The translations under genes were made by a program, and so were the position numbers. Below the pieces are notes generated by a model. It was not told the origin of the DNA. It did not search any database and saw only the letters and a program-made list of their open reading frames with translations. 32,000 bases of DNA, taken from assembly GCF_000175255.2 (NCBI RefSeq), contig NC_017262.1, positions 960,001 to 992,000 on the forward strand. The letters run 5' to 3'. This stretch comes from Zymomonas mobilis subsp. mobilis ATCC 10988. Lineage in GTDB: Bacteria > Pseudomonadota > Alphaproteobacteria > Sphingomonadales > Sphingomonadaceae. Shown here in pieces: positions 16,332 to 24,719 of the stretch (position 1 is the stretch's first letter; the number at the start of each line of letters is the position of its first letter).

Positions 16332-17756
16332 TTACTGCGGTATAGGTGTAGCGTCCGAATTGTTCGGCTTGAGGCAGGCTTTGTGATTGATGAAGTCGAG
16401 ATAGAGGTCAGCTTTTTCAAGAATTGTAATTGTCATGACTTTAGAAAATATGCGTAGTTTATCTTTTTGTACAGATTTTTGTCTTTTGCCGTAGTCAATG
16501 CCATCAATGGAAAGATTGCCATCTTTTAAATAAATAGAAGCGGTTACTTTCGTTCCGTCAATTTCTTTACTAATTTCAAAAGATTGTTTTTCTTCTTCAG
16601 GGGTAAAATCAGGTTGGAAGAGCATAAAGCTAAAACGGGCATCGCTCTGGCTAAGATCAATAGCCGCCATCTCGGTCTTTCCTTGCCATGTGATCGGATA
16701 TCTTAGGGCATAAAAACGGCCGTCAAATATGCTGCCAAGTTGGATGTCTTTCTGACAGTGACAGTCAATATCTTTTCCGAAAGTGAAATGTTGCCGATCT
16801 ATTTTTATTTTGCCTAATTTTTGAAGAACCATCAGACCAAGAGAAGCTTCATCCGTATTTGTAAACAGGAACGGGACATTTTTTAAAACCGTCGTCCCGA
16901 TTTTTAGCTCATCAACAATACCAAGATCGCCGTTATAGGCTTCGCCACGTCCATTGGTCGCTATTTCAATATGTCCGACGATATGGACGTGAGGCGAATG
17001 GCTTAAGGCTTTGGGTAAGAAACTAATTGCGGTATCTGTTCCTAAGAAAAATGAGAAATCGGTTCCGTTTAAAGATGCGGTTAAATAAGGGACATTCCAA
17101 GTACTGCGCCTATAGCCTTCTTGGGTAAGTTTCTGAGATTGTAGAGGCAGTGTTTGCTGCTGATCTATTCCGGTAACGGTGAAGGGGGGTATCTCACTGG
17201 GGGGAACTGAAAGGTTGCCCATTTTAATATCGAAAAGAGAAAATTGCTCTAATCCTGCAAATTTTCGGATCGGAGGGTAGTAAGTATTTTTGATGTCATC
17301 AATTTTTTTACCCCATGCAGCAAGATTGCCTTCGAGAAAATAATTTCCCGCCAAGAGCTGATCACAGATCATGGCACCCAGATTTATAGGCGAAAGATGT
17401 ATCCCGCTGCCCTCCATGAAATAGGTTTTATGGCAAATCTCGAGCTGCCTATCCGCTTCTTTGAAGTCGCCTTTGGTTCTTAGTAAGTCTGTATTTATAA
17501 ATTTTTTTTCAAAGCTGGTGCGCTTGGGATCATCGATCATTTTTTGGAGATGAAGGCTATCTCCTTCGTAAAGGGCTAAGGTGCTTTCATCGCCACCAGG
17601 GGCGACCTTTAGCCCTTCCTTTAAAGTTTGAGGGCTTTGCTGTTTTAGAAAGTCAACCAGTTTGGAAGAGGGAAGGCTCTCCTCAGCTTTGACTTTAGAA
17701 AAGGCTAAAAGTTCAGAAAAAAGAAATAGAGTAAGAAATAGATATTTTTTTAGCAT
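16332..17756 (-). CDS. Array unit 1 (first unit), intact, 474 aa, with a unique signal peptide
   Basis: The preferred start is ATG 17756 (MLKKYLFLTLFLFSELLAFSKVKA|EE), which gives a classic n-h-c signal peptide. The track ORF extends 14 codons further to 17798. The lobe-1 position reads FFLGTDTAISFLP and lobe 2 reads AAIDLSQSD. The C-terminus is ADLYLDFINHKACLKPNNSDATPIPQ. Confidence 0.85.
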   Translation of the reverse strand: MLKKYLFLTLFLFSELLAFSKVKAEESLPSSKLVDFLKQQSPQTLKEGLKVAPGGDESTLALYEGDSLHLQKMIDDPKRTSFEKKFINTDLLRTKGDFKEADRQLEICHKTYFMEGSGIHLSPINLGAMICDQLLAGNYFLEGNLAAWGKKIDDIKNTYYPPIRKFAGLEQFSLFDIKMGNLSVPPSEIPPFTVTGIDQQQTLPLQSQKLTQEGYRRSTWNVPYLTASLNGTDFSFFLGTDTAISFLPKALSHSPHVHIVGHIEIATNGRGEAYNGDLGIVDELKIGTTVLKNVPFLFTNTDEASLGLMVLQKLGKIKIDRQHFTFGKDIDCHCQKDIQLGSIFDGRFYALRYPITWQGKTEMAAIDLSQSDARFSFMLFQPDFTPEEEKQSFEISKEIDGTKVTASIYLKDGNLSIDGIDYGKRQKSVQKDKLRIFSKVMTITILEKADLYLDFINHKACLKPNNSDATPIPQ

Positions 17757-17799
17757 AAATATTTCCGTTTTTAGAGCAATGAAGCATTCATGCTGCATT

Positions 17800-18216
17800 C
17801 TAGAAAGGTAAAGGTAAACCTATCCCTATTGTACCAGAAGTACCATTTGATGGACTATGGCTAATAGAAGTTGTTAATTGTCCCAAATTAGTTAGCGGAA
17901 TTTTATTCAATTGTAATGATCCTCCCACTCCGGGAGGAGATACCGAAGAATAATTGCCATAAATTTTAGCACCAAGATTATTATTTTTACACTCTAGTAT
18001 CGGTTTTATATTAAGAACATGATGATTAATTTCTCCGCCAATATCTAATGTACAGGCATTATCGTCATTATAGCGATTATCTAAGGGTTTATAACGATAG
18101 CGATCCGATGGATTTTGAGGCTGCGAATTTAAAAAATTTAATAGACTTTGTGCTAATATCGGTTTTTTATCAGAGATCATCAGATCTTTATTATTTTTTT
18201 GTGAATTGTTGTCCAA
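17800..18216 (-). CDS. Hypothetical 138-aa protein directly upstream of the array (Asn/Ser/Gly-rich, ends GTIGIGLPLPF)
   Basis: An open frame of 138 codons in very AT-rich DNA is unlikely to occur by chance. It has a TTG start and no recognisable signal peptide. The stop TAG (17800-17802) abuts unit 1. I recognise no family, so coding status is uncertain. Confidence 0.4.
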   Translation of the reverse strand: MDNNSQKNNKDLMISDKKPILAQSLLNFLNSQPQNPSDRYRYKPLDNRYNDDNACTLDIGGEINHHVLNIKPILECKNNNLGAKIYGNYSSVSPPGVGGSLQLNKIPLTNLGQLTTSISHSPSNGTSGTIGIGLPLPF

Positions 18217-18343
18217 TTTTATACTCCATTCATTAATAAAAGTGATATGGAGTGGTGTATCTGTTTTTATCCAACAATTATTATATGAAATAACATTTTT
18301 ATTTGAGATATTGGTTCGTGCGGTGATGGGTGGCTGAACTGGC

Positions 18344-20131
18344 TTGCCTTTTTCCTATTCTATTGAGATAGCCAATTTTGTGACTTGGATTTTTGCATTT
18401 CTGGCCGGATTTGTCGCGGCCTTGGGATTACAGCCTTATAATCTTTGGGGATGCAGTCTTGTGGCTGTGGCTGGATGGCTGGCCTTATTGCGACAAACCC
18501 AAAAGACTTGGCAGATTTTTGCCCTTAGTTGGCTTTTTGCTTTCGGTTTTTTCTGGTTAGGGCTGGACTGGATTGCGACTTCTTTTACCCATCAGGCTGC
18601 GATGCCGTCATGGTTAGGTTGGGTCGCGGTACCTTTATTATCCTGTTATTTGGCCTGTTATATTTCTCTTTTTACTTTGCCCCTTCGTTTCTTATGTCTT
18701 TCTTTCCGGCGAGGCGAAAAAAGAGTGGATTCTTTTCAGTCGTCTGATGGGATTGGGGATGGTGCGGATTCCGAGGATATCGATGCTATTCCTTCCCGTC
18801 TTTTTCCTGTTGAGAATGACGCGGCGGTAGCGCGTGAAGGGACGATGAAAAGCCGTTTTTTTGTTGGGTCTGCTGCTTTTTGGTCTGTGCCTGTTTTCAG
18901 TATATCTTTGTCGCAAATACCGCTTTGGCGTTTGACGCTGGCCTTGGCGGGATGTTTGACATGGGGCGAATGGATAAAATCATGGGTTTTTACTGGATTC
19001 CCGTGGAGCCCGTTAGGAGCAATCTGGCTGAATATCCTGCCCATAGCGCATATCGCCCGATGGATCGGGAGTTACGGCCTGTCGGCTCTTGTGGTTATTG
19101 CCGCCGGTATCGGATTATCTTGTTATGACGGAATCAAATTAGCCATAGAGAAAAGACAGGCGAGGCAGGCTATCCGGTCGCTCCTTCCTGCGTTTTGGAT
19201 GGCTTTACCTTTTTTAGGATGGGCGTTGGTCGATGGTCATGACATCCATTGGCAAAAATCAGAGCAGCCGCCTGCTCATGTGGTGATTGTCCAGCCGAAT
19301 ATCCCGCAGGATGAAAAATACGATCTCCGTTATAAATCTCGTCATGATGCTATTTTCAAGAAATTGTCAGGGAAGAGTGATCTCCATTATCCCCGCCTGA
19401 TTTTATGGCCAGAAGATGCGGTTCAAAGCTATCTTGAAGAAGAGCCTTTGGCACGGGCAGCTTTGAGCCGTTTATTGGGCAAAAATGATCTGTTGTTGAC
19501 GGGGGGCGATGCTTTGATCCCCGATAATTCCGGTCATATCGCTTCGGTTCGGAATAGTTTATTTGTCCTTGACGCCAAGGGCGATATTTTAGACCGCTAT
19601 GACAAAGCCCATCTGGTGCCTTTCGGGGAATATATGCCTTTTCGGAAATGGGCGGCCTATGTCGGATTAGGGCGGTTGGTCGCTGGTGATATAGAATTCA
19701 CCGAAGGGGCGCAGCCTGAAAGTCTTGATCTGGTGCCTTTTGGTCTGGTCGGGATTCAGATTTGCTATGAAATCGTTTTTTCCGGTCGAGTAGTTGATCG
19801 CGCCCATCGCCCCGATTTCATTTTCAATTTGTCCAATGATAGCTGGTTTGGTCGATCGGGCCCGCCCCAACATTTGGCACAAGCGCGATTGCGGGCGATT
19901 GAAGAGGGGCTGCCTATCGCGCGAGCCACTTCTACCGGTATTTCTGCGGTGATTGATGCAGAAGGGCGTATCCTGCAATTTTTGCCTGAAAATACCGAAG
20001 GACGGCTTTTAGCGGTGATGCCGAAAGCGTTGCAACCGACCTTTTTTGCCCGCTACGGCAACCTGATTAGTGTGCTTTTTGCCACGGCTCTGTTGCTCAT
20101 TGCCCTGTTTGGGCGTATTAAGTTACGCTAG
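18344..20131 (+). CDS. lnt: Apolipoprotein N-acyltransferase
   Basis: The N-terminus is polytopic and includes GFPWSPLG. The C-terminal carbon-nitrogen hydrolase domain shows VVIVQPNIPQDEKY, LILWPEDA, KAHLVPFGEYMPF, ICYEIVF and NLSNDSWFG. A final transmembrane segment follows. The start is TTG. Confidence 0.85.
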   Translation: MPFSYSIEIANFVTWIFAFLAGFVAALGLQPYNLWGCSLVAVAGWLALLRQTQKTWQIFALSWLFAFGFFWLGLDWIATSFTHQAAMPSWLGWVAVPLLSCYLACYISLFTLPLRFLCLSFRRGEKRVDSFQSSDGIGDGADSEDIDAIPSRLFPVENDAAVAREGTMKSRFFVGSAAFWSVPVFSISLSQIPLWRLTLALAGCLTWGEWIKSWVFTGFPWSPLGAIWLNILPIAHIARWIGSYGLSALVVIAAGIGLSCYDGIKLAIEKRQARQAIRSLLPAFWMALPFLGWALVDGHDIHWQKSEQPPAHVVIVQPNIPQDEKYDLRYKSRHDAIFKKLSGKSDLHYPRLILWPEDAVQSYLEEEPLARAALSRLLGKNDLLLTGGDALIPDNSGHIASVRNSLFVLDAKGDILDRYDKAHLVPFGEYMPFRKWAAYVGLGRLVAGDIEFTEGAQPESLDLVPFGLVGIQICYEIVFSGRVVDRAHRPDFIFNLSNDSWFGRSGPPQHLAQARLRAIEEGLPIARATSTGISAVIDAEGRILQFLPENTEGRLLAVMPKALQPTFFARYGNLISVLFATALLLIALFGRIKLR

Positions 20132-20323
20132 TCTTGATATAAGGAAAGATTTATATCTTTATATTCTATCTTTCTATAGCGTGTCACTTTTAGATGGGGA
20201 TTGGCTTTGGGGAAGAAAAATCTGCCTTAAAGGGCGAGATGTTTATTTTTTCCTCTTTCTGATCGGGAAACTGTCAGGCCAGCTTCATTTTTAGGTTTAA
20301 CAGATAAGGAAAATCCTTTTTCT

Positions 20324-21499
20324 ATGCGTAGCAACTACCTGTTTACGTCCGAGAGCGTGTCCGAAGGCCATCCCGATAAGGTTGCTGACCAAATTTCTGA
20401 TGCCATCGTCGATTTGTATCTTTCCCGTGACCCGGAAGCCCGCGTCGCCTGTGAAACGCTGGTTACCACGCAGCGCATCATTATCGGCGGTGAAGTCCGT
20501 TCGGCTGTTCCGGTCAGTGAAGAAGAAATCGAAAAGACGGTTCGTGAAACCGTACGTGAAATTGGTTACGAGCAGACCGGATTTGATTGGAGAACGGCTG
20601 AATTCGCTAACCATCTGCATGCGCAGTCTGCCGATATCGCCCAAGGTGTCGATGCCGGTGAAGATAAAGACGAAGGCGCGGGAGATCAGGGCATTATGTT
20701 CGGTTTTGCTACCGATGAAACGCCTGACTATATGCCAGCGACCCTTTATTATGCCCATCGTATTCTGGAACGTCTGGCTGAAGACCGTCACCAGAAAAAA
20801 GTCGATTTTCTGGAACCTGATGCCAAAAGTCAGGTGACTTTGGTTTATGAAAATGGTGTGCCGGTCAGAGCTTCTGCTTTGGTTCTGTCCACCCAGCATA
20901 GCCCAGCTTTGAGCTCGAAAGAAGGTCAGGCTAAGCTGCGCGACTATGTCAAATCGGTTTATGAAGATGTTCTGCCTAAAGGCTGGATGCCGGATGACAA
21001 AGCCATTTTCGTTAATCCGACCGGCTTGTTTGAAATCGGGGGCCCTGATGGTGATGCCGGTTTAACGGGTCGTAAGATTATCGTTGATACCTATGGCGGT
21101 GCAGCGCCTCATGGTGGTGGTGCTTTCTCCGGTAAAGATCCGACCAAGGTCGATCGTTCTGCCGCTTATGTTGCCCGCTATCTTGCCAAGAACATCGTGG
21201 CCGCCGGTTTGGCCAAGAAAGTGACGATCCAGCTTTCTTATGCCATTGGTGTTTCTGAACCTTTGTCGCTTTATGTCGATACCCATGGCACCGGCACGGT
21301 TGATGAAGCCAAGATTGAAGAAGTCTTGCCGAAGCTGATCCGTTTGACCCCGAAGGGTATTCGCACCCATCTGAAGTTGAACAAGCCGATCTATAAGCCT
21401 TCTGCCGCTTATGGTCATTTCGGTCGTAAAGCCGATGGTGATTTCTTCCCGTGGGAAAAACTCGATCTGGTTGATAAGCTGAAAGCGGCTTTTGCCTGA
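20324..21499 (+). CDS. metK: S-adenosylmethionine synthetase
   Basis: The N-terminus [24 protein letters not shown] and the motifs [56 protein letters not shown] and AYGHFGR are textbook MetK signatures. Confidence 0.97.
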   Translation: MRSNYLFTSESVSEGHPDKVADQISDAIVDLYLSRDPEARVACETLVTTQRIIIGGEVRSAVPVSEEEIEKTVRETVREIGYEQTGFDWRTAEFANHLHAQSADIAQGVDAGEDKDEGAGDQGIMFGFATDETPDYMPATLYYAHRILERLAEDRHQKKVDFLEPDAKSQVTLVYENGVPVRASALVLSTQHSPALSSKEGQAKLRDYVKSVYEDVLPKGWMPDDKAIFVNPTGLFEIGGPDGDAGLTGRKIIVDTYGGAAPHGGGAFSGKDPTKVDRSAAYVARYLAKNIVAAGLAKKVTIQLSYAIGVSEPLSLYVDTHGTGTVDEAKIEEVLPKLIRLTPKGIRTHLKLNKPIYKPSAAYGHFGRKADGDFFPWEKLDLVDKLKAAFA

Positions 21500-21534
21500 T
21501 CTTGGAATTGTCTTTTGACATTATCCTTTGAAAA

Positions 21535-21568
21535 AGCCTGTTTCCTAAAAAAGGAGGCAGGCTTTTTT
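21535..21568. terminator. Bidirectional rho-independent terminator shared by convergent metK and rpoN
   Basis: A 12-bp stem pairs AGCCTGTTTCCT (21535-21546) with AGGAGGCAGGCT (21552-21563), including two G-U pairs. The loop is AAAAA. An A-run lies on the left (21531-21535) and TTTTTT on the right (21563-21568). Confidence 0.8.
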
Positions 21569-21573
21569 GCAGG

Positions 21574-23073
21574 TTAGGCTTTTTGTGAAGCGCTGATCGC
21601 TTTTTGGCGGCGGCGTTGCACCGAGGAGCCTAGGCCGATAGCTTCTCGATATTTGGCGACTGTTCGGCGGGCGATGGCGAAGCCTTTGGCTTTTAGAAGT
21701 TCAACCAGCTTGTCATCGGATAGGATTTCTGCGCCTTCTTGAGCGATGAAGCGGGCAATATGGCTTTTAACGGCTTCGGCTGCGGCACCTTCTTCGGAAC
21801 CGCTGGATTGTATCCCGCTGGAGAAGAGATATTTTAATTCGAATATCCCCTGTTCGCAGGAAAAATATTTGTTGTTGGTAACCCGACTGACCGTTGATTC
21901 ATGCATGTTGATGGTTTCGGCTACCTGCCGTAGCGTCAGCGGTTTGAGCTGTTCGATACCTTTTAGAAAAAAGCCTTCCTGATATTGGACAATGGCTTCT
22001 GTTACCTTGATGATCGTGCGGGCGCGTTGATCCAATGCCCTTACCAGCCAGTTGGCGCTCGCCAATTTTTCATCTAGCCAGCTTTTTTGTTCTGCTTTGT
22101 CGGTTTTCTGGGCTTTTAATTCGGAATAATAAGCACGATTGACCAGCAATTTCGGAAGTGTGGCATTATTGAGTTCGATCGCCCAGCCGTCTTTCATCCG
22201 TTTAATATAAATATCCGGTGTAACCGACTGGATCGGCGCGGAACCAAATTTTAGCCCCGGTTTAGGGTTGTAATTTCGTAATTCCTGAATCATGTCGGCG
22301 AAGTCTTCGTCATCGACCTGACAGAGCTTTTTTAAACGGGGCAATGCTCCGCGTGACAACCATTCGAGATTGGTAATCAGTTTTCGCATCGCCGGATCAA
22401 GCCTGTCGGCTTCTTCCGCTTGAAGCATCAGACATTCTGCCAGATTGCGAGCGCCAACACCGGTCGGGTCAAAGCCCTGAATGACCTTTAAAACCTCCAA
22501 CGTTTCGTCTTCTGTAATATTAAGATGCGAGGCGATGGAAGATAAAGGCTCGGTCAGATATCCGGCTTCGTCAATCAGGTCGATCAGATGACAGGCAATC
22601 GCCAGCTTTTCACCCGTTAGGCATAATCTGGCCTGATGTTCCAGATGATCGGCTAGACTTTCCTGATTCCGATCCGTTAATTCCCGATCAAGGCCGTCAT
22701 AGCCTGAGAGTTGAATACTGTTTAAGCCTAGGCTGCCGTCCAATCCGCTTTCTGAAAAGCTACTTGGGTTATCGGCCGGACTATCGTGATGAAAAACTTC
22801 CTGTGCATAATCGGCATCAAGGCTGTCCGCCGGATCGTTATACTCTGCCGGATTGTTCTCATCACTTTTTAGGTCTTCGGTTGAATCGGAGTGATTTTCT
22901 GTCCCGTTATCATCATTATGACTGGCTTCGAGAAGGGGGTTGCTGTTGAGTTCCTCGGCGATGAAACTTTCGATTTCAAGATTGGAAAGCGCAAGAAGAC
23001 GAATCGCCTGCTGAAGTTGCGGCGTCATAACCAAAGACTGGCTTTGTCGTATATCTAGTCTTGGACTTAGCAA
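21574..23073 (-). CDS. rpoN: RNA polymerase sigma-54 factor
   Basis: The region I motif is LVMTPQLQQAIRLLALSNLE. An acidic region II follows. The C-terminal HTH reads LTLRQVAETINMHESTVSRV and the RpoN box reads ARRTVAKYREAIGL. The start is TTG at 23073. Confidence 0.95.
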   Translation of the reverse strand: MLSPRLDIRQSQSLVMTPQLQQAIRLLALSNLEIESFIAEELNSNPLLEASHNDDNGTENHSDSTEDLKSDENNPAEYNDPADSLDADYAQEVFHHDSPADNPSSFSESGLDGSLGLNSIQLSGYDGLDRELTDRNQESLADHLEHQARLCLTGEKLAIACHLIDLIDEAGYLTEPLSSIASHLNITEDETLEVLKVIQGFDPTGVGARNLAECLMLQAEEADRLDPAMRKLITNLEWLSRGALPRLKKLCQVDDEDFADMIQELRNYNPKPGLKFGSAPIQSVTPDIYIKRMKDGWAIELNNATLPKLLVNRAYYSELKAQKTDKAEQKSWLDEKLASANWLVRALDQRARTIIKVTEAIVQYQEGFFLKGIEQLKPLTLRQVAETINMHESTVSRVTNNKYFSCEQGIFELKYLFSSGIQSSGSEEGAAAEAVKSHIARFIAQEGAEILSDDKLVELLKAKGFAIARRTVAKYREAIGLGSSVQRRRQKAISASQKA

Positions 23074-23120
23074 CCTGTCTTATCACTCCTGCTTATCAGT
23101 CAGTCAGGCGTCGCCGGATT

Positions 23121-23915
23121 TTAAAGGGTGAAATCCTCTCCGAGATAGAGCCGTCGGACATTTTCATCGGCAACCAAGGCCTCTGGCGTGCCTTGGAAAA
23201 GCACCCGACCCCCATAGATAATACAAGCCCGATTAACGATATCAAGCATTTCCCTGACGTTATGATCGGTAATTAGCACCCCGATTCCACGGTTGGAGAG
23301 GTCTTCGATCAAATCGCGGATATCGGATATCGAAATCGGATCAATACCGGCAAAAGGCTCATCGAGCAGCATGATGGACGGATTGGCGGCCAAAGCCCGC
23401 GCAATTTCGCAACGGCGTCTTTCACCACCGGAAAGCGCCATTGCCGGAGAATCATACAGTCTGGTCAGATGAAATTCGGAAAGAAGCTGATCCAGTCTTT
23501 CTTTACGGGCTTTTTTGTCGGGGTAATGAAGTTCAAGGACGGAATCGATATTTTGTGCTACCGATAAGCCGCGGAAAATAGAGGTTTCCTGCGGAAGATA
23601 ACCTAGTCCCAGAATAGCACGGCGATACATCGGCAGGCCGGTAATATCATGGCCGTCGAGCAATATTCGGCCTGCATCCGGTTTGACCAATCCCATGACT
23701 GAATAAAAACAGGTCGTTTTACCTGCCCCGTTGGGCCCCAATAGGCCAACGACTTCACCACGCCCAACATTTAAGGAAACATCTTCCAATACTTGCCGGT
23801 GATCGTAGGATTTCGCGATAGAAATAATGGATAACCCTTGCGATACACCTGAATCATAGGCTTCCGTAGAAAGGCTGTCCTTGGTTTTCCGGGCAGAAGT
23901 CATTCTCAAATCCAT
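23121..23915 (-). CDS. lptB: LPS export ABC transporter ATP-binding protein
   Basis: Walker A is GPNGAGKTT, the signature is LSGGERRRCEIARAL, and Walker B is IMLLDEPFAGIDP. The gene sits between lptA and rpoN, as in the conserved lptCAB-rpoN arrangement. The N-terminal extension makes the exact start uncertain (ATG at 23915 or 23903). Confidence 0.9.
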   Translation of the reverse strand: MDLRMTSARKTKDSLSTEAYDSGVSQGLSIISIAKSYDHRQVLEDVSLNVGRGEVVGLLGPNGAGKTTCFYSVMGLVKPDAGRILLDGHDITGLPMYRRAILGLGYLPQETSIFRGLSVAQNIDSVLELHYPDKKARKERLDQLLSEFHLTRLYDSPAMALSGGERRRCEIARALAANPSIMLLDEPFAGIDPISISDIRDLIEDLSNRGIGVLITDHNVREMLDIVNRACIIYGGRVLFQGTPEALVADENVRRLYLGEDFTL

Positions 23916-24117
23916 ATCGGGGAAAAGGCAGAAAAAAAGAGGCAGCTCGTTTAACCGATTGAAAAACAGGCAACCTTTTGGATGTTATCTTAGCGTATTC
24001 ATAAAGAAAATATGAATGGGGAAAATAAATAACAACATATTTTCCCCGATATATTTTTATTTTGGCCGTTGGATTGGTAACAAGATAGGCTTTTTATCAG
24101 GCTATTTTATCAAAATT

Positions 24118-24714
24118 TTATTGTTTTTTGTTATCCTGATTGGAGGGCGGAACCACGAAATGGCCGGTTACTCGTCCTTTGCCTTGGCTGCCATCGGAGC
24201 CGACAAGGCTGCCATCCATCGTGCCTTTTCCGGTGTTAAGATCGATAATTAACCTTGCCCCATGCACGACAGAATCGCCGCGCACCATTTCGACATGACC
24301 GACCAAGGTGACCAATCTTTTGGGCACGTCATAAATAGCAATTTCGCCTTTGGCCATTTCATCCGGTGTTTGAATGGTAACCCCACCAGAGGCATCCAGT
24401 CTTTGCATCTGGGGAGAGGCTTCACCGGTTTTCGAGTTTTTCGGCATGGTATAGGCAATGCGGACATAAGCCGCCGTGATGGTCATATCGGCCTGTCTTG
24501 CGCGGACATGGCCGGAATAAATGGCTCGATTGTCGTTATAAAGCACTTCGCTGTGATCGGCATCAATATCAATAGGGGCATTGGTATCGTGATGGCGGAA
24601 GCCCTGTGCCGACAAAGCAGATAAAGGAGTCAGGATCAGAGTAAATCCGCAGAGTGACAATGCCGCTGCTTTTAAGAAGGGAAGGGGCTTATATTTTTTC
24701 AGGCCGGAATACAT
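24118..24714 (-). CDS. lptA: Periplasmic LPS transport protein LptA (OstA-like)
   Basis: The signal peptide is AALSLCGFTLILTPLSALSA. OstA-type beta-jellyroll repeats are present (IDIDADHSEVLYNDNRAIYSGHVRARQADMTITAAYVRI and LVGHVEMVRGDSVVHGARLIIDL). Its position between lptC and lptB supports the call. Confidence 0.75.
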   Translation of the reverse strand: MYSGLKKYKPLPFLKAAALSLCGFTLILTPLSALSAQGFRHHDTNAPIDIDADHSEVLYNDNRAIYSGHVRARQADMTITAAYVRIAYTMPKNSKTGEASPQMQRLDASGGVTIQTPDEMAKGEIAIYDVPKRLVTLVGHVEMVRGDSVVHGARLIIDLNTGKGTMDGSLVGSDGSQGKGRVTGHFVVPPSNQDNKKQ

Positions 24715-24719
24715 TGGCT

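Noticed and set aside
10658-16420. Minus-strand ORFs span the unit junctions and share SISTSSITKPASSRTIR..YRSKYQRRGKSVITT. They lie at 10658-10894, 13622-13894 and 16235-16420.
   Set aside because: They read the conserved gene end, spacer and gene start in an alternative frame. They overlap two well-supported genes, and their similarity is a by-product of junction conservation.
4624-17798. I considered whether the periodic repeat structure could be a CRISPR array or a satellite.
   Set aside because: The period is 1482 bp and each unit is a full-length protein-coding gene. There are no short direct repeats with unique spacers and no cas genes.
20132-20323. I considered a possible SAM-responsive riboswitch in the 192-bp metK leader.
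   Set aside because: I could not recognise the conserved cores of the SAM-II, SAM-V or SAM/SAH classes, or a convincing pseudoknot, by eye. A covariance-model scan (Infernal/Rfam) would be needed, so I make no call.
20297-21521. Several ORFs overlap or run antisense to metK: 20297-20899 minus, 20382-20837 plus, 21062-21418 minus and 21078-21521 minus.
   Set aside because: metK is unambiguous in its own frame. These ORFs have no recognisable motifs and are typical shadow ORFs.
21574-23073. rpoN is not followed by hpf/ptsN as in many proteobacteria. It instead converges on metK.
   Set aside because: This is ordinary lineage-specific synteny variation. A clean bidirectional terminator explains the junction, and there is no sign of rearrangement scars.
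23916-24117. There is a 200-bp gap between lptA and lptB containing plus-strand ORF 24016-24252.
   Set aside because: The ORF overlaps the lptA 3' end on the opposite strand and has a repetitive hydrophobic, low-information sequence. The gap is AT-rich and more likely holds an internal promoter for lptB-rpoN. I see nothing specific to support a feature.
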